Assembly: GCA_015228935.1 (NCBI GenBank)
Contig: JADGCO010000005.1
Coordinates: forward strand, 13,128-77,127
Direction: 5' to 3'
Source: Magnetococcales bacterium
GTDB lineage: Bacteria > Pseudomonadota > Magnetococcia > Magnetococcales > DC0425bin3
Length of the DNA stretch: 64,000 nucleotides
The position numbers and the translations under genes are program-made. Position 1 is the stretch's first letter. Each line of letters begins with the position of its first letter. The notes under the pieces are model-generated. The model had not been told where the DNA came from. It saw nothing but the letters and a program-made list of their open reading frames with translations, and searched no databases. This document shows positions 49,014 through 60,917 of this stretch, in pieces.

Positions 49014-50837
49014 TCACAGTGTGCCGGATGAATCCGGATGTTTCATGGAGAGGCTTCGTTGCTGCGGGCACTCCGAAAATACGGATTGTGTACACTGGCG
49101 GCAAATGTCCGGATTCAGGAAGCGCGTGACGATGCCATGGATGGCCTCGGTAATGGAACCAAAAATGTGGTCCTTGCCAATCACGGCCAGGCATCCTGAG
49201 CGTTGGATGGTTTCACACACCTGATCATGGACATCGAACAGGAACAGCCCCCCCCCGCGACCCCGACGGCGCAGGGCCTCCTGGATCAACATTTCGGCAC
49301 CGGTGACATCGACAAAATTGATGGCCGACCCTACCAGGAGTAGATTGACGGCCCGGGGAGCCTTGCTGTCCAGACAATTCAAGACATCCTCGACATGATT
49401 GACGGCACCGAAAAAAAGGGAACCATCCACGCGAATGATGCGAAGTTGAGAGCATTCCGGAAGATGATCGGCAGCGACCAGATGGTTGTGGGTGTCCGGG
49501 TCTGGCACAAGGCGGGTAATGACCGGATTGGCACGGCCTTTGAGGTAATAGGCCAGGGAGGAGATGACGCCCAGATAGATGGCAAAATCGAGTTTGATCA
49601 AAAGGGTTGCGAGAAAGGTGCCCACCATGACGAGCGATTCGGCACGACTGGTTTTCATGATCAGATGGATTGCCTTGAAATCAATCAGGTTGAAAGCCAC
49701 CAGCAGGATGACCCCGGCCATGGCCGGAATGGGCAGGTAGGCCACCCATGGGGCAACGATCAAGAGAATCAGGATCAGAAAAATACTCGAAAAGATAGCT
49801 GCCATGGGCGTTTTGGCCCCGGCCCGAAAGTTGATGCCGGAACGGGTAAATGAGCCGGAAGAGGCATAAGCGGAAAAAAAACTGCCCACAATATTGGCAA
49901 GACCCTGGCCGATGAATTCCTGATTGTTATTGATGCGTTGTTTGCTGTGCATGGCCACGGACCGCGAGATGGAGACGGCCTGAATCAGACAGATCATGGC
50001 CGTGGCAAAAGCACCGTTGGCCAACTGCTGCCACATGTCCAGGTCCCAACTGGGTGTGGAAAGAGGGGGCAACGTGGCGGTGATCGCTCCCACCAGGGGA
50101 ATTGATTCCTGGTGGGGATCCAGCATGAAGGAAACCACACCGCCACCCACCAACGCGACCAGCATGCCGGGCCAACGGGGGAAAAAAAATTGCATCAGGA
50201 GAGCGATACCCAGCGCCGCCAAGCCAACCCAGACGATGGGCAACTGAATCTGGTCGAGATGACGTACCAATCCCAAAACAGCATGGACAAAACTGTTGCC
50301 ATGTGACAAGGGAATTCCCAGGAAGGCTCCTGCTTGACTGATGGCCACCAGAAAAGCGGCCCCGGCGGTAAAACCCACCACGACCGAGTTGGAAACAAAA
50401 TTGACCAGAGTGCCCACGTGTACCAGCCCCATGGCCAACTGCATGATCCCGGTCATGAAGCTCAAGGTCAGGCAATAGCTGATATAGTCACTTCCACCCG
50501 GGGTAACCAGTGGTGCCAGGGTTGTAAAGATGATAATGGAGATGGGGGTGGTGGGACCGGATACGAGGTGATGCGACGAGCCAAACAGGGCGGCCATAAT
50601 CACAGGGACCATGGCCGTGTAAAGCCCGTATTGTGGTGGAAGTCCTGCAATGGTGGCAAAGGCCATTCCCTGGGGCAGGACCACCACGGCACCTGTCAGG
50701 CCAGCAAGAAAATCTGCCCTCAGGCCATGCCAGCGCAGGGCAAACAGCCAATGCCGAAAGGGAAAAAATTCCGCCCAGGCCATCGGACAGAGCAATCCCT
50801 GGTTTCCGGCAGGTGTCCGGCGTGAGGAATCCAACAT
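49014..50837 (-). CDS. SulP family anion (sulfate/bicarbonate) permease with C-terminal STAS domain
   Basis: Contains DFLAGLTGAVVVLPQGMAFATIAGLPPQYGLYTA, a SulP signature region, about 11-12 transmembrane segments and a C-terminal STAS (RVDGSLFFGAVNHV...VDVTGAEML). An alternative start is at 50783. Confidence 0.85.
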   Translation of the reverse strand: MLDSSRRTPAGNQGLLCPMAWAEFFPFRHWLFALRWHGLRADFLAGLTGAVVVLPQGMAFATIAGLPPQYGLYTAMVPVIMAALFGSSHHLVSGPTTPISIIIFTTLAPLVTPGGSDYISYCLTLSFMTGIMQLAMGLVHVGTLVNFVSNSVVVGFTAGAAFLVAISQAGAFLGIPLSHGNSFVHAVLGLVRHLDQIQLPIVWVGLAALGIALLMQFFFPRWPGMLVALVGGGVVSFMLDPHQESIPLVGAITATLPPLSTPSWDLDMWQQLANGAFATAMICLIQAVSISRSVAMHSKQRINNNQEFIGQGLANIVGSFFSAYASSGSFTRSGINFRAGAKTPMAAIFSSIFLILILLIVAPWVAYLPIPAMAGVILLVAFNLIDFKAIHLIMKTSRAESLVMVGTFLATLLIKLDFAIYLGVISSLAYYLKGRANPVITRLVPDPDTHNHLVAADHLPECSQLRIIRVDGSLFFGAVNHVEDVLNCLDSKAPRAVNLLLVGSAINFVDVTGAEMLIQEALRRRGRGGGLFLFDVHDQVCETIQRSGCLAVIGKDHIFGSITEAIHGIVTRFLNPDICRQCTQSVFSECPQQRSLSMKHPDSSGTL

Positions 50838-51025
50838 GACGACATTGTTTCCTTGGGATTTTTAATTGTGGGATTTTCAATTGAAAGTGACCGGCTTGCC
50901 TGCCCGCACTTTCCGAGGATGACAGCCGCCGTGCCATGGAGTCAAGGTGGGTACGTTGCATTGCGTTCGTGCCAGCCAATCGTGTACTGTGTCGGCATGT
51001 TGCACGGGCAGGAAAGGAGCATGAA

Positions 51026-51310
51026 ATGAATATTGATTTTTCCCCTATTGATGAAGAATACATCAAGAACAAGGTGAAGTGTGGTGTTTACAGCAGCGCC
51101 ACCGAGCTGGTGTGTGATGCCGTTCGGTATATGCGACATCAGGACGACAGCCTGAGTGCCCGTCTCGATGCCGCGCTGGTGATTGGCGAGCAAGATATTG
51201 CGGCGGGTCGAACCACCATCTATACGCCATCCCTGCGCGAACAGATCGAACAGGATGCCCGACAGCATGCCCGCGACGGTTGGGAGCCTGATCCTGATGT
51301 CGTCCCATAA
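51026..51310 (+). CDS. parD: ParD/CopG-type type II antitoxin
   Basis: 94 aa. YIKNKVKCGVYSSATELVCDAVRYM fits the ribbon-helix-helix ParD family. An AAGGAG ribosome-binding site lies 7 nt upstream. It overlaps the toxin gene by 14 nt. Confidence 0.7.
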   Translation: MNIDFSPIDEEYIKNKVKCGVYSSATELVCDAVRYMRHQDDSLSARLDAALVIGEQDIAAGRTTIYTPSLREQIEQDARQHARDGWEPDPDVVP

Positions 51311-51599
51311 ACACCAGATTGACCTGTCCGATGCGGCCCAACGGGATTTCCGGGATATTCTGTCTTATACATTGCGCACATGGGGAGAACCACAGTTTAT
51401 TGAATATAAAAACCTGCTTGACAGTGCGTTAAACGCCATATCGATCAATCCAGAATCTGGACGTTCCAACAAAGGGTCAGCAATACGGGTTTTTCTTGTG
51501 GGGCGACATGCGGTTTACTATCGCATTGAAAATAATATTATTTATATAATCAGAATTTTGCACGACCGCATGCACGCCGCCTGGCACCTGAATGAATGA
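51297..51599 (+). CDS. parE: ParE/RelE-family type II toxin
   Basis: 100 aa. It contains AQRDFRDILSYTLRTWGEPQ and later HAVYYRIENNIIYIIRILHDRM, typical of ParE. Confidence 0.7.
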   Translation: MSSHKHQIDLSDAAQRDFRDILSYTLRTWGEPQFIEYKNLLDSALNAISINPESGRSNKGSAIRVFLVGRHAVYYRIENNIIYIIRILHDRMHAAWHLNE

Positions 51600-51740
51600 G
51601 CCTGATGGATGCGAGTTCGACATGCCATTTGCCGGTCAGGATGGATCACAATAAAAGAAAAAAAAATTGTTGGTTCGGATAAATCGATCACATAAACTCT
51701 GGAAAGGTGGAATCATCCGATATCTGAAATTTTTTGTGAA

Positions 51741-53915
51741 ATGAAGGTTCAAATTATGAATCGATTTATTGCTGCTGTGGCCTTGCTGCTTATTCTGGGC
51801 ATGGTTGGATGGGTGTGGTGGCCGACCCTGCTTCCGCCCGTACCGACCCCGGAGAACCAGACCCAGGAACCCCGTCCAGAGTTGCGTTTTGGGCACAACA
51901 TGCCCCAGGAAAGTGCCATGGGCATGGCGGCGGAACGTTTTGCCGCCGGGGTGCTGCTGGCAACGGATGGGGCATTGCCGGTGATGGTCTTTCCTGAAGG
52001 AAAATTGGGAAATGATCTGGAAATGGCGGAGTTGGCCCGCAATGGGGAACTCGATGTGGTCCTCATTCCGACGGCCAAGATGAGTGTGCCGATTCCGGCA
52101 TTACAGTATGCCGACTTGCCATTTTATTTTTCGGCACCCGAGGTTCTCTATCGTTTGCTGGATGGGGAACCCGGTAAATTGCTTCTGGCCAGATTGCAGG
52201 CCATGGATCTGGTGGGAATCACTTTTTGGGGCAATGGATTCAAGCAGTTCACCGCCAACCGGCCCATACATGGTCCGGAAGATCTCCTGAATCTCAAGGT
52301 CAGGGTGATGAAAAGCCGTCTCATCATGGACCAGTTTACCAACCTGGGTGCCCGTCCGATTCCCATTGAATTTCGTGAAACCCGCCAGGCCCTGGCCGAC
52401 AAAGTGGTGGATGCCCAGGAAAATCCCCTGGCTGCCATCGTGGCCATGGGTATCCACCAGGTGCAATCCCATCTGACTCTGAGTCATCATGCCTATCTGG
52501 CCTATGTTCTTGCCATCAGCAAAAAAAGCTTCGGCAAATTGTCGGACAAACAACAGGCCCTGATCCTGGAAACAGGCAGGGGTCTGAGTGCCTTTCAAAG
52601 AGAGGAGACCGTCCGCCAGGAGGAACAATTTCTCCGGAAGATTGAAGATGCCGGCGTCAAGGTCAACCGGCTGACCGAAAAAGAGCGGCAAAAATTTGCC
52701 AGGCAACTGCAACACATTCCTTCACAGTTCGAGGATGTCATTGGCAGCGATATCATGTCCAAGAGCGATGAGCTGCAATACATCTGGCAGTCACCTGCAG
52801 AAAAAAAGCAGAAAATATGGGTGGGATTGGATACGGAGCTTTCCCAGACACCTCCCGGGGCCGGATTGGCCATCAAACAGGGTATGATCCTGGCCATGGA
52901 AGAGATCAATGAAGCTGGTGGGGTGTTGGGGCGCCCCTTGGCCCTGCTGGCCCGGGACAATATGGCCATACCGGGTCGGGGTGAGGACAATTTTCGCTTT
53001 TTGGCCGGACAGGAACATGTGGTGGCCATCGTGGCCGGCATGCACAGCACCGTGGTGATTCCACAATCGGAGTTGGCCGATGCACTCAAGATTCCGCTCT
53101 TGGTACCTTGGGCTGCGGCGGCTGGGGTGGTGGAGCATGCGGAACACCGACCCGAGTATGTTTTCCGTCTGTCAGCCAATGACCGCCTGGTGGGTCCATT
53201 CCTGGTGGATGCGGCCCTGGAAAGAGGCTCGCGGGTGGCCCTGATTCTGGAAAATACGGCCTGGGGCCGGGGAATCCTGCCGTATCTGCAAAACCGCCTG
53301 CAAGAGCGGGGTGTCAACCCTGTCCTGGTCGATTGGCTCAATCGGGGCGAAACCGAATTGACCAGCCATCTGGATGCACTCCAGACCCAAGACGCTGATG
53401 TGGCAGTGCTGGTGGTCAATACCAACGAAGGAATGCAGTGGGTGCGCTCCCTGGTGGCCCGGAAAATGTCCCTGCCCATCATCTCCCATTGGGGAATCAC
53501 CGGCGGCGATTTTTTTGGCAAGACCCGGGACGTTCTGGACAAGGTGGACCTGAGCTTCCTGCAAACTTTTTCCCTGCAAAAAGGGGCAGTGAAGCATATG
53601 CTGGGATTGCAGAACATGTATCAGAATCTTTTTGGCCAGCGCATGCAGGACATCCTGTTGCCCCACTCCGGTATAGCCCATGCCTATGATCTGGTTCATC
53701 TCCTGGCACGGGCCATCCAGAAGGCGGGCAGCACGGAGCGTGCGTCGGTCCGCCAGGCACTGGAGCGGGTGGATACCTATGCCGGGTTGATCAAAACCTA
53801 CCAGACACCCTTTTCTGCCGACAGTCATGATGCCTTGCAACGTGAGGACTATTTCTTGGCCCGTTATGATGGGAACGGCCATATCGTTCCCCTGGCAACC
53901 GGGAGAAGTCCATGA
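51741..53915 (+). CDS. fused double solute-binding protein: DctP (TRAP-type) domain + LivK/Peripla_BP_6 (ABC branched-chain-type) domain
   Basis: It has an N-terminal signal or anchor. Residues ~45-345 are DctP-like ([14 protein letters not shown]...[20 protein letters not shown]...DLPFYF). Residues ~365-724 are LivK-like ([10 protein letters not shown]...[19 protein letters not shown]...AIVAGMHS). The start may be the ATG at 51756. An ATGA overlap links it to the kinase gene. Confidence 0.8.
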   Translation: MKVQIMNRFIAAVALLLILGMVGWVWWPTLLPPVPTPENQTQEPRPELRFGHNMPQESAMGMAAERFAAGVLLATDGALPVMVFPEGKLGNDLEMAELARNGELDVVLIPTAKMSVPIPALQYADLPFYFSAPEVLYRLLDGEPGKLLLARLQAMDLVGITFWGNGFKQFTANRPIHGPEDLLNLKVRVMKSRLIMDQFTNLGARPIPIEFRETRQALADKVVDAQENPLAAIVAMGIHQVQSHLTLSHHAYLAYVLAISKKSFGKLSDKQQALILETGRGLSAFQREETVRQEEQFLRKIEDAGVKVNRLTEKERQKFARQLQHIPSQFEDVIGSDIMSKSDELQYIWQSPAEKKQKIWVGLDTELSQTPPGAGLAIKQGMILAMEEINEAGGVLGRPLALLARDNMAIPGRGEDNFRFLAGQEHVVAIVAGMHSTVVIPQSELADALKIPLLVPWAAAAGVVEHAEHRPEYVFRLSANDRLVGPFLVDAALERGSRVALILENTAWGRGILPYLQNRLQERGVNPVLVDWLNRGETELTSHLDALQTQDADVAVLVVNTNEGMQWVRSLVARKMSLPIISHWGITGGDFFGKTRDVLDKVDLSFLQTFSLQKGAVKHMLGLQNMYQNLFGQRMQDILLPHSGIAHAYDLVHLLARAIQKAGSTERASVRQALERVDTYAGLIKTYQTPFSADSHDALQREDYFLARYDGNGHIVPLATGRSP

Positions 53916-56900
53916 TCACCCCGTTGCCAACTCCACACAAAAGCCTCAAAAAACGTCTGGTTTGGCAAATCGGTCTGCTTTTTGTTCTGGTTGTTGGCTG
54001 CTCGACGCTGCTGGTGGGTTGGTTGTTCAAGGTCCAGTTGGAAGAGGAGAGCCGCAAGTCCTTGCGGGAAATTGCCTATCGGGAGTTGCAGCGTCTGGAA
54101 GATCGGGTCTCCTACCTCATGGAAACCACTCAGGCCCTGACCAGCAACCATTTCATCGTCAATGGCCTGATCGATCCCGAAGGGAGGCGAACCTATCTGC
54201 CCAAACTGGTGGAGAATTTTGCCAAAAACCGGGATGTGACCGCCTTTGCCATGGTCGATTTTGACGGTCGTCCGGTTTTTGTCCAGGCCCAGGAGCCTCC
54301 GGATTACAACAGCTTTCCACAACTGCGTCAGGCCCTGGCCATGGGGCAATCCAGTCTGTTCATTTCATCCCGTCATAACCGCATGATGCTGGTCGTGCCC
54401 GTCGATTATTACAAAACCACGCTGGGTGCGGTGGTGGTTGAATTTGATTTTCACAATATTCTCCACCGCCTGTTGCAGGTCGAGAAAAACTTTTCCTTCG
54501 AGATTCTGGACGGGCGGGGCACGCTGTTCACTTTTCAGGAGATCAAACAGGAGCAGATGATTTCGGCCCAGGTAGCCAGCCATGGAGCGGCGATGCCCTG
54601 GTTGCACCGGTTGGGTTTGAAACTGCAATTCAGCGTCCCGAAATCGATTCATGAAGCCTCGATTCGCCACGCCCTGTTGCGTTTCGGTTCACTGGGGTTG
54701 TTGTTTGTGTTTCTGGCCGGGGTGATTGCGGTCCGCATTGGCAACAGCATGGCCAAGCCGATTTTGACCCTGTGCGAACGGGTGGCGAGTCAGGATGGCA
54801 TCTCCTGTTCGCCCATTGGTACCGGTGACGAGTTAGAAATCCTGGCGCAAACCTTTGACTGCCAGACCCAGGCCTTGCGTGCCCATCAGGAGGAGTTGGA
54901 GCAACGGGTGGCGGACCGAACCCGGGAGTTGGAACTGGCCCGCGAGGTGGCCGAGGTGGCCAATCGGGGGAAATCCGAATTTCTGGCCAACATGAGTCAC
55001 GAAATTCGCACCCCCATGAATGCCATTATCGGCTTGAGTCATCTCTGTCTGCAAACCCAATTGACCGCCCGCCAGAAGGATTATCTGCGCAAGGTGTACA
55101 ATTCGGCAACCTCTTTGTTGCGTATCATCAATGATATCCTCGATTTTTCCAAGATCGAGGCGGGGCGGCTGGACATGGAGGCCATCGATTTCACCCTGGA
55201 GGAGGTGCTGGGCAATCTGGCCACCATGTTGTCCCTGAAGGCACAGGAAAAAAATCTGGAATTTCTCATGGAAACGGCGGTCGATATTCCACCCAGCATG
55301 GTGGGAGATCCGTTGCGGCTGGGACAGATCCTGCTCAACCTGGCCAACAATGCCGTCAAGTTTACCGAGAAGGGTGAAGTGGCCGTCGTGACCGAACTTC
55401 TCGAAAAAGGGGAGGATTTTGTCCGCCTGCAATTCACCATCCGGGATACGGGCATTGGCATGACCCCGAAACAGCAGGCCGGTTTGTTCCAGGCTTTCAC
55501 CCAGGCGGATGCCTCCACAACCCGGAAATATGGCGGTACCGGACTGGGTTTGGCCATTGCCAAACGGTTGATTGACATGATGGACGGGACCATCCGGGTG
55601 GAGAGTGAACCCGGCCAGGGTACCCGCTGCATCTTCAATGTACGCCTCGGCATTTCCAACCAGCTCGTGGCCAAATCGTTGCTGCCCAGCCCCGATCTGC
55701 ACGGCTTGCGGGTCCTGGTGGTGGACGATAATGAAAGCGCCCGCAATGTATTCACCGAATATTTGACCTCCTTCACGTTCAAGGTGGCAGCGGCCAGGAA
55801 TGCCGGCGAGGCCATGATCGCTGTCCAGGAAGCGGCAGCGGCTGAAAATTTATTCGACCTGATGATTATCGATTACATGATGCCGGATGTGGATGGCATC
55901 ACCCTGGTGGCCAATATGCGCCGGGAGCTGACCCTGAGCCGGTTTCCCGTTGTCATCATGGCCTCGGCCTATGGGGAAGAGAGTCTGGTCAGGCGGGCTG
56001 TCCAGGAGGCCCGGGTGGACGGTTTTCTGGTCAAACCCGTCAATCAGAGTCTGCTGTTCGAATCGATCATGGAAGCCTTTGGGCATGCCGGGAGCGTTGG
56101 TCGGAAAAGTGGTTCGGAACCGGGCCGTCACCGGGATTTCATGGCTGTTCTTTCCGGGGCCAGAATTCTCCTGGTCGAGGACAACGAAATCAACCAGCAG
56201 GTGGCGCGGGAGTTGTTGGAACAGGCCAATATCACCGTGCTGCTGGCCGAGAATGGTCAGGATGCCGTGGAACGGGTATTCCGTGAACCTTTGGACGGCG
56301 TTTTGATGGATGTGCAGATGCCGGTCATGGATGGTCTGACTGCCACCCGGGAAATTCGCAAGGAGGCCCGTTTTGCCGATTTGCCCATTCTGGCCATGAC
56401 GGCCAATGCCATGTCCGGCGACCGGGAACTCTGCCTGGCGGCAGGCATGCAGGGTCATATTGCCAAACCTGTCGATCCCGACGACCTGTTTGCCACCCTG
56501 GCCCGCTGGATCAAGCCCGCCACACCCAAACCCCTGCCGACACCTTCGGGATCGGAACCGGAGGTTCCGGGTGACAGAGCGGATGAAAAACCGCCATCGT
56601 CGAATGGTGAGAAACCGCCCTCGCCGGATGACGAAAAACCCTTCCTGCCACCAATTGCCGGGGTGGATACCGCAGCCGGATTGCAGCGCATGTCCGGAAG
56701 TGTCAAAAGTTATCTCGCGCTGTTGGCCAAATTTCGTCTCAATCAGGGAAGTGCCGAAAGTGCCATTCGGGAAGCTCTCCTGGCCAACGATTGGGCCACA
56801 GCAGAGCGTCTGGCCCATACCCTGAAAGGAGTGGCCCTGACCATCGGAGCCAACACGCTTGGGGAAAAATCCCGCCTTTTGGAGTCTGCCATCCAAAAAC

Positions 56901-57277
56901 AGACCAATCCTGAACAGTGCGCCACTCTGCTCCAGGAGGCAGGGACCGAGTTGACCCGTCTGTTCCAGGTTCTGGACCAGGTCTTGCCAGGGGAAAAAGC
57001 CGCTGATCCGGTGCAGTCTGTCGGGGAAGAGTCCACCGCATCCCTGGCCAGCCGGGATGCCTTGTTGAAAAAAATTGCCGGCCAGTTGGTCATCTACGAT
57101 GCTGCCGTGGAAGAGACCATCCAGATTCTGGGTGGGTTGCCCTTGTCCCGGGAAACCCTGGACCGGGTCAGGATTCTGAAACAACAGGTTGCCCAATATG
57201 ATTATGATGGGGCCATGGCCACAATCCAACAATGTGCCAAAGACCTGCATGTTGATTTGGAGACCGCAAATGCCTGA
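53912..57277 (+). CDS. membrane hybrid sensor histidine kinase (TM - periplasmic domain - TM/HAMP - HisKA - HATPase - REC - REC - Hpt)
   Basis: Two transmembrane segments bracket a ~230-aa periplasmic region. The H-box is [16 protein letters not shown] and the ATP-binding region has [10 protein letters not shown]. The receivers have [11 protein letters not shown] and [11 protein letters not shown]. The Hpt has [12 protein letters not shown]. Confidence 0.9.
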   Translation: MITPLPTPHKSLKKRLVWQIGLLFVLVVGCSTLLVGWLFKVQLEEESRKSLREIAYRELQRLEDRVSYLMETTQALTSNHFIVNGLIDPEGRRTYLPKLVENFAKNRDVTAFAMVDFDGRPVFVQAQEPPDYNSFPQLRQALAMGQSSLFISSRHNRMMLVVPVDYYKTTLGAVVVEFDFHNILHRLLQVEKNFSFEILDGRGTLFTFQEIKQEQMISAQVASHGAAMPWLHRLGLKLQFSVPKSIHEASIRHALLRFGSLGLLFVFLAGVIAVRIGNSMAKPILTLCERVASQDGISCSPIGTGDELEILAQTFDCQTQALRAHQEELEQRVADRTRELELAREVAEVANRGKSEFLANMSHEIRTPMNAIIGLSHLCLQTQLTARQKDYLRKVYNSATSLLRIINDILDFSKIEAGRLDMEAIDFTLEEVLGNLATMLSLKAQEKNLEFLMETAVDIPPSMVGDPLRLGQILLNLANNAVKFTEKGEVAVVTELLEKGEDFVRLQFTIRDTGIGMTPKQQAGLFQAFTQADASTTRKYGGTGLGLAIAKRLIDMMDGTIRVESEPGQGTRCIFNVRLGISNQLVAKSLLPSPDLHGLRVLVVDDNESARNVFTEYLTSFTFKVAAARNAGEAMIAVQEAAAAENLFDLMIIDYMMPDVDGITLVANMRRELTLSRFPVVIMASAYGEESLVRRAVQEARVDGFLVKPVNQSLLFESIMEAFGHAGSVGRKSGSEPGRHRDFMAVLSGARILLVEDNEINQQVARELLEQANITVLLAENGQDAVERVFREPLDGVLMDVQMPVMDGLTATREIRKEARFADLPILAMTANAMSGDRELCLAAGMQGHIAKPVDPDDLFATLARWIKPATPKPLPTPSGSEPEVPGDRADEKPPSSNGEKPPSPDDEKPFLPPIAGVDTAAGLQRMSGSVKSYLALLAKFRLNQGSAESAIREALLANDWATAERLAHTLKGVALTIGANTLGEKSRLLESAIQKQTNPEQCATLLQEAGTELTRLFQVLDQVLPGEKAADPVQSVGEESTASLASRDALLKKIAGQLVIYDAAVEETIQILGGLPLSRETLDRVRILKQQVAQYDYDGAMATIQQCAKDLHVDLETANA

Positions 57278-60200
57278 CAGTATGACGAAATCCTCCATCC
57301 TCATCGTGGATGATGCCCCGGAAAACCTGGATGTACTCAAGGACGCCCTGATGAATGAATACATGGTGCGTCCGGCACTGAACGGTCCCCTGGCCTTGCG
57401 GTTGGCAGCCATGGATCCCCAGCCCGACCTGATTCTTCTTGATGTCATGATGCCGGACATGGATGGCTATGAGGTGTGCCGCCAGTTGAAGGCCGATTTT
57501 CGCACCCGGGATATTCCGGTTATTTTCGTCACGGCCCGCGCCGAAATCAGGGATGAATTGGAAGGGTTGCAACTGGGTGCCGTCGATTACATCACCAAAC
57601 CTGTCCGTCCCCATATCGTCAGGGCCAGGGTGATGACCCATCTGGCCCTGCGCCATTTCAACCGGGAGATGGAAGAAAAAAATCGTCGCCTCTACGAAAT
57701 CAATGAGCGTCTCAGCAGCAGTCTGGAACAACTCTCTGCCTCCGAAGAGCGTTTTCGGAGTCTGGTCCAGACCATACCGGATATTGTCTACAAGATTGAC
57801 GCCGAAGGTCGCTTCACCTTTTTGAACAAATCCATCGAACGGTTGGGGTATCACCAATCGGATTTGATCGGCAAACATTTTTCCGAAATCATCCACAGTG
57901 CAGACATCCAGGATGCCAGTCTGCAAAAGGTGATTGAAAGGATTGGCAAGGGGGCAATCAATCCCGACCAGAAGGTGTTCGATGAACGACGCACCGGTGT
58001 GCGCATGACGGTTGGCCTGGAAATTCGTCTGAAGACCAAGACCGGGAAAACCGACCATGTGTATGAGCTGCGCAATATCGATACACAGAGCGTCAATGTC
58101 GAGGTCAACAGTACCGGCCTGTACGGGGAAATCGGCAACGATACCTCCTACCGTTCCCGGCAATATGTTGGAACCGTGGGGGTCATTCGCGATATTACGG
58201 ATCGACAAAAAATTCAAAACGCCTTCATGGAGGAGAGAAAACTGCTCCGGCAATTGATCGATGCCGTCCCCTATCCAATATTTTTTCTGGAAAATCATGG
58301 CGAATTGATCTTTTCCAATGAGGCTTTCCAGGCCTTTGTTGCCAGGCCGGGTGACAAGCTGGAAGGAAAGTCCTTTCACGAATTTTGTTGTAACAATGAC
58401 GCTTCCAAAATGGATTCCGTGCTGGCAACCCTGCTCGAGGATGCAGCCGTGCATCGGGTGCGTCAGGAGTTGGAAATAGACTCCGGTGCCGGGACGAAAC
58501 ATGTCATGGATGTCATCCTGCTCAAGTTTCAGAGGACCAACCAGCCGCTGCCGGCCATCATTGGCATCATGGTCGATGTGACGGAACAGCGGGCATCCAT
58601 GGTCAAACTGATCCAGGCCAAAAAAGAAGCCGAAATCATGGCCGCAAATGCCGCCCAGGCCAGTCGGGCCAAGGGGGAGTTTCTGGCCAATATGAGTCAC
58701 GAAATCCGGACCCCGCTCAATGCCGTGACCGGGTTGACCCACCTGTGTCTGCAAACCGAGTTGACCGGACAGCAGCGGGATTATTTGAACAAGGTGTCCC
58801 TCAGTGCCCATGCCCTGCTGCAACTCATCAACGATATCCTGGACTTTTCCAAGATCGAGGCCGGTAAGCTCACCATGGAACATGTCGGTTTTTCCATGGA
58901 GGAACTTCTGGGTGGCATCGTGGCCATACTGGGAGTCAAAAGCCAGGAAAAGGGTTTGGAATTGCTCCTGGATACCAAAAGTACCGTGCCCCGGCATCTG
59001 CGGGGGGATTCCCTGCGCCTGGGACAGGTTTTGATCAATCTGCTGGGCAATGCCATCAAGTTTACGGAAAAGGGGGAAGTCACCCTGACCATCGATATGG
59101 TGGAAGAGAGAAAAGAGGGAAAAGAGAGAGAAGAGAATGTCCTGCTCCAGTTTGTTGTCTGCGATACCGGCATTGGCATGACGGAGGAGCAGGTGAACAA
59201 CCTGTTTCAGGAGTTTTACCAGGGAGATTCCACCATGACCCGCAAATATGGCGGGACGGGTCTGGGTCTGGCAATCAGCAAACGTCTGGTGGAGATGATG
59301 GGAGGAGGCCTGAGTGTTGAAAGTGAACCCGGACAAGGGAGTACGTTCACCTTTACGGCCCGCTTCGACTGGGGGGTCGAGCCGTTGCCGGTGAATTCCC
59401 GAGCCGTGGAACATATTCGTGGTTTGCGGGTGCTGGTTGTGGATGACAACGAGCATGCCCGACAAATCCTGCTCAAACTGTTGGACGTCTTGGGATGCCA
59501 CTCCGTAGGTGTCGAAAGCGGCGAGCTGGCCCTGACAGCCCTGCTGGACGCCGACGCGGATCAAAACTCTTTTGAACTGGTTCTGATGGATTGGAAAATG
59601 CCGGGCATGGATGGTCTGGAAACAATCCGGCAGATCAAAGCGTTGCCATCCCTGCGCAAAATGCCATTGGTAATCATGGTCACCGCATATGGTGAAGGGG
59701 AGTTGTTGACCAGCGCGGGAAGCAAACTTCCGTTGGATGGTTTTTTGATGAAGCCGGTCAATCTCAATTCCTTGCAGAATGCCATTCTGTCTGCCTGTGA
59801 GCGATTGCAGCCCGGATCATGGAGGAGGGATCTCCGGAGCAATCGGAGACTTTTGGCCGGAGTCAGACTGCTCCTGGTCGAGGACAACGAAATCAATCAG
59901 CAGGTGGCACGGGAACTTCTGGAGAAGGTGGGAATCCTGGTGATCACGGCCAACCACGGTCAGGAGGCCATTGACATGCTGAAGCAGGAATCCGTGGATG
60001 GTGTCTTGATGGATCTGCAAATGCCGGTCATGGATGGTTTGACGGCGACCCGGCATATCCGCCTAAACCAGAGTGCCCAAACCTTGCCCATCATTGCCAT
60101 GACAGCCAACGCCATGGCCGGCGACCGGGAAAAGTGTCTGGCCGCCGGCATGAATGATCATATTGCCAAACCGATGGTGCCGGATGAAATGTATGCCACG

Positions 60201-60911
60201 TTGGCCAAATGGCTGCGCGGCAAACCAGGCATTTCTGCCCCGACATCGGCTGCTTCTCCTTCCAGACAAGGGGAGGAAAATGTGCTGCCTTTGCCATCCA
60301 TTCCGGGCGTCGATATGGTCAAAGGAGTACACAATGTGGGCGGTAATGTTCTCCTCTTTCGTGACATTCTGGTCAAGTTCGCCCACAATCAAGGTGGAGC
60401 CGTTCTGAAGATGGATCGGCACTTGGCAACACGTGATTTCAAGGCGTTGGAGCATGCTGCCCATGCCTTGCGGGGGGTCTCGGCCACCATCGGCGCAACA
60501 AAGGTGACAATTCTGGCAGAAAAAATTGAAAAATTGGCCGGGAAACCGGAAAAATACACGGAGATTCCGGAATTGTTGGGTACCATGGCCGGTGAGCTGA
60601 CCCGCATTGTTTCAGCCATTACCATGAATCTGATGGGAGCAGCTCCAGCCATGCCGGCAGATGTGCGAACGGATGTGGTGACAACACCGGAAAATTTGGC
60701 TCCTTTGTTGCGGAAAAGTGTCGAACTCCTGTCGGGCTTTGATCCTTCCGTGGAGCAGGTGGTGGCCGAAATGGCTGCCCTGACCCCTTCCGGTCGGCGT
60801 CGCGACAGGGTGGATGCCATCCGGTTGGCCATGCACCATTACGATTTTGAAAAGTGCCTGACCCTTATTCGCGATTGGGCACAAGAAGAAGGCATCCCTT
60901 TGGAGGGGTAA
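57270..60911 (+). CDS. cytoplasmic hybrid histidine kinase (REC - PAS x2-3 - HisKA - HATPase - REC - REC - Hpt)
   Basis: N-terminal REC has [11 protein letters not shown]...VDYITKP. The H-box is [16 protein letters not shown] and the ATP-binding region has [10 protein letters not shown]. The receivers have [11 protein letters not shown] and [11 protein letters not shown]. The Hpt has [12 protein letters not shown]. Start chosen at the ATG at 57270, which overlaps the upstream stop by 8 nt. Confidence 0.9.
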   Translation: MPDSMTKSSILIVDDAPENLDVLKDALMNEYMVRPALNGPLALRLAAMDPQPDLILLDVMMPDMDGYEVCRQLKADFRTRDIPVIFVTARAEIRDELEGLQLGAVDYITKPVRPHIVRARVMTHLALRHFNREMEEKNRRLYEINERLSSSLEQLSASEERFRSLVQTIPDIVYKIDAEGRFTFLNKSIERLGYHQSDLIGKHFSEIIHSADIQDASLQKVIERIGKGAINPDQKVFDERRTGVRMTVGLEIRLKTKTGKTDHVYELRNIDTQSVNVEVNSTGLYGEIGNDTSYRSRQYVGTVGVIRDITDRQKIQNAFMEERKLLRQLIDAVPYPIFFLENHGELIFSNEAFQAFVARPGDKLEGKSFHEFCCNNDASKMDSVLATLLEDAAVHRVRQELEIDSGAGTKHVMDVILLKFQRTNQPLPAIIGIMVDVTEQRASMVKLIQAKKEAEIMAANAAQASRAKGEFLANMSHEIRTPLNAVTGLTHLCLQTELTGQQRDYLNKVSLSAHALLQLINDILDFSKIEAGKLTMEHVGFSMEELLGGIVAILGVKSQEKGLELLLDTKSTVPRHLRGDSLRLGQVLINLLGNAIKFTEKGEVTLTIDMVEERKEGKEREENVLLQFVVCDTGIGMTEEQVNNLFQEFYQGDSTMTRKYGGTGLGLAISKRLVEMMGGGLSVESEPGQGSTFTFTARFDWGVEPLPVNSRAVEHIRGLRVLVVDDNEHARQILLKLLDVLGCHSVGVESGELALTALLDADADQNSFELVLMDWKMPGMDGLETIRQIKALPSLRKMPLVIMVTAYGEGELLTSAGSKLPLDGFLMKPVNLNSLQNAILSACERLQPGSWRRDLRSNRRLLAGVRLLLVEDNEINQQVARELLEKVGILVITANHGQEAIDMLKQESVDGVLMDLQMPVMDGLTATRHIRLNQSAQTLPIIAMTANAMAGDREKCLAAGMNDHIAKPMVPDEMYATLAKWLRGKPGISAPTSAASPSRQGEENVLPLPSIPGVDMVKGVHNVGGNVLLFRDILVKFAHNQGGAVLKMDRHLATRDFKALEHAAHALRGVSATIGATKVTILAEKIEKLAGKPEKYTEIPELLGTMAGELTRIVSAITMNLMGAAPAMPADVRTDVVTTPENLAPLLRKSVELLSGFDPSVEQVVAEMAALTPSGRRRDRVDAIRLAMHHYDFEKCLTLIRDWAQEEGIPLEG

Positions 60912-60917
60912 TCTCAC

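Noticed and set aside
57168-59564. Very long antisense ORFs opposite well-supported genes (57168-59564 minus, 798 aa; 55850-57460 minus, 536 aa; 8614-9840 minus, 408 aa; 11751-12971 minus, 406 aa; 46297-47397 minus, 366 aa; 40424-41884 plus, 486 aa; 15540-16583 plus, 347 aa)
   Set aside because: They lie opposite genes with unambiguous domain motifs. They have Gly/His/Gln/Arg-rich shadow-ORF composition and no recognisable motifs. This is typical of stop-codon-poor antisense frames in GC-rich coding DNA.
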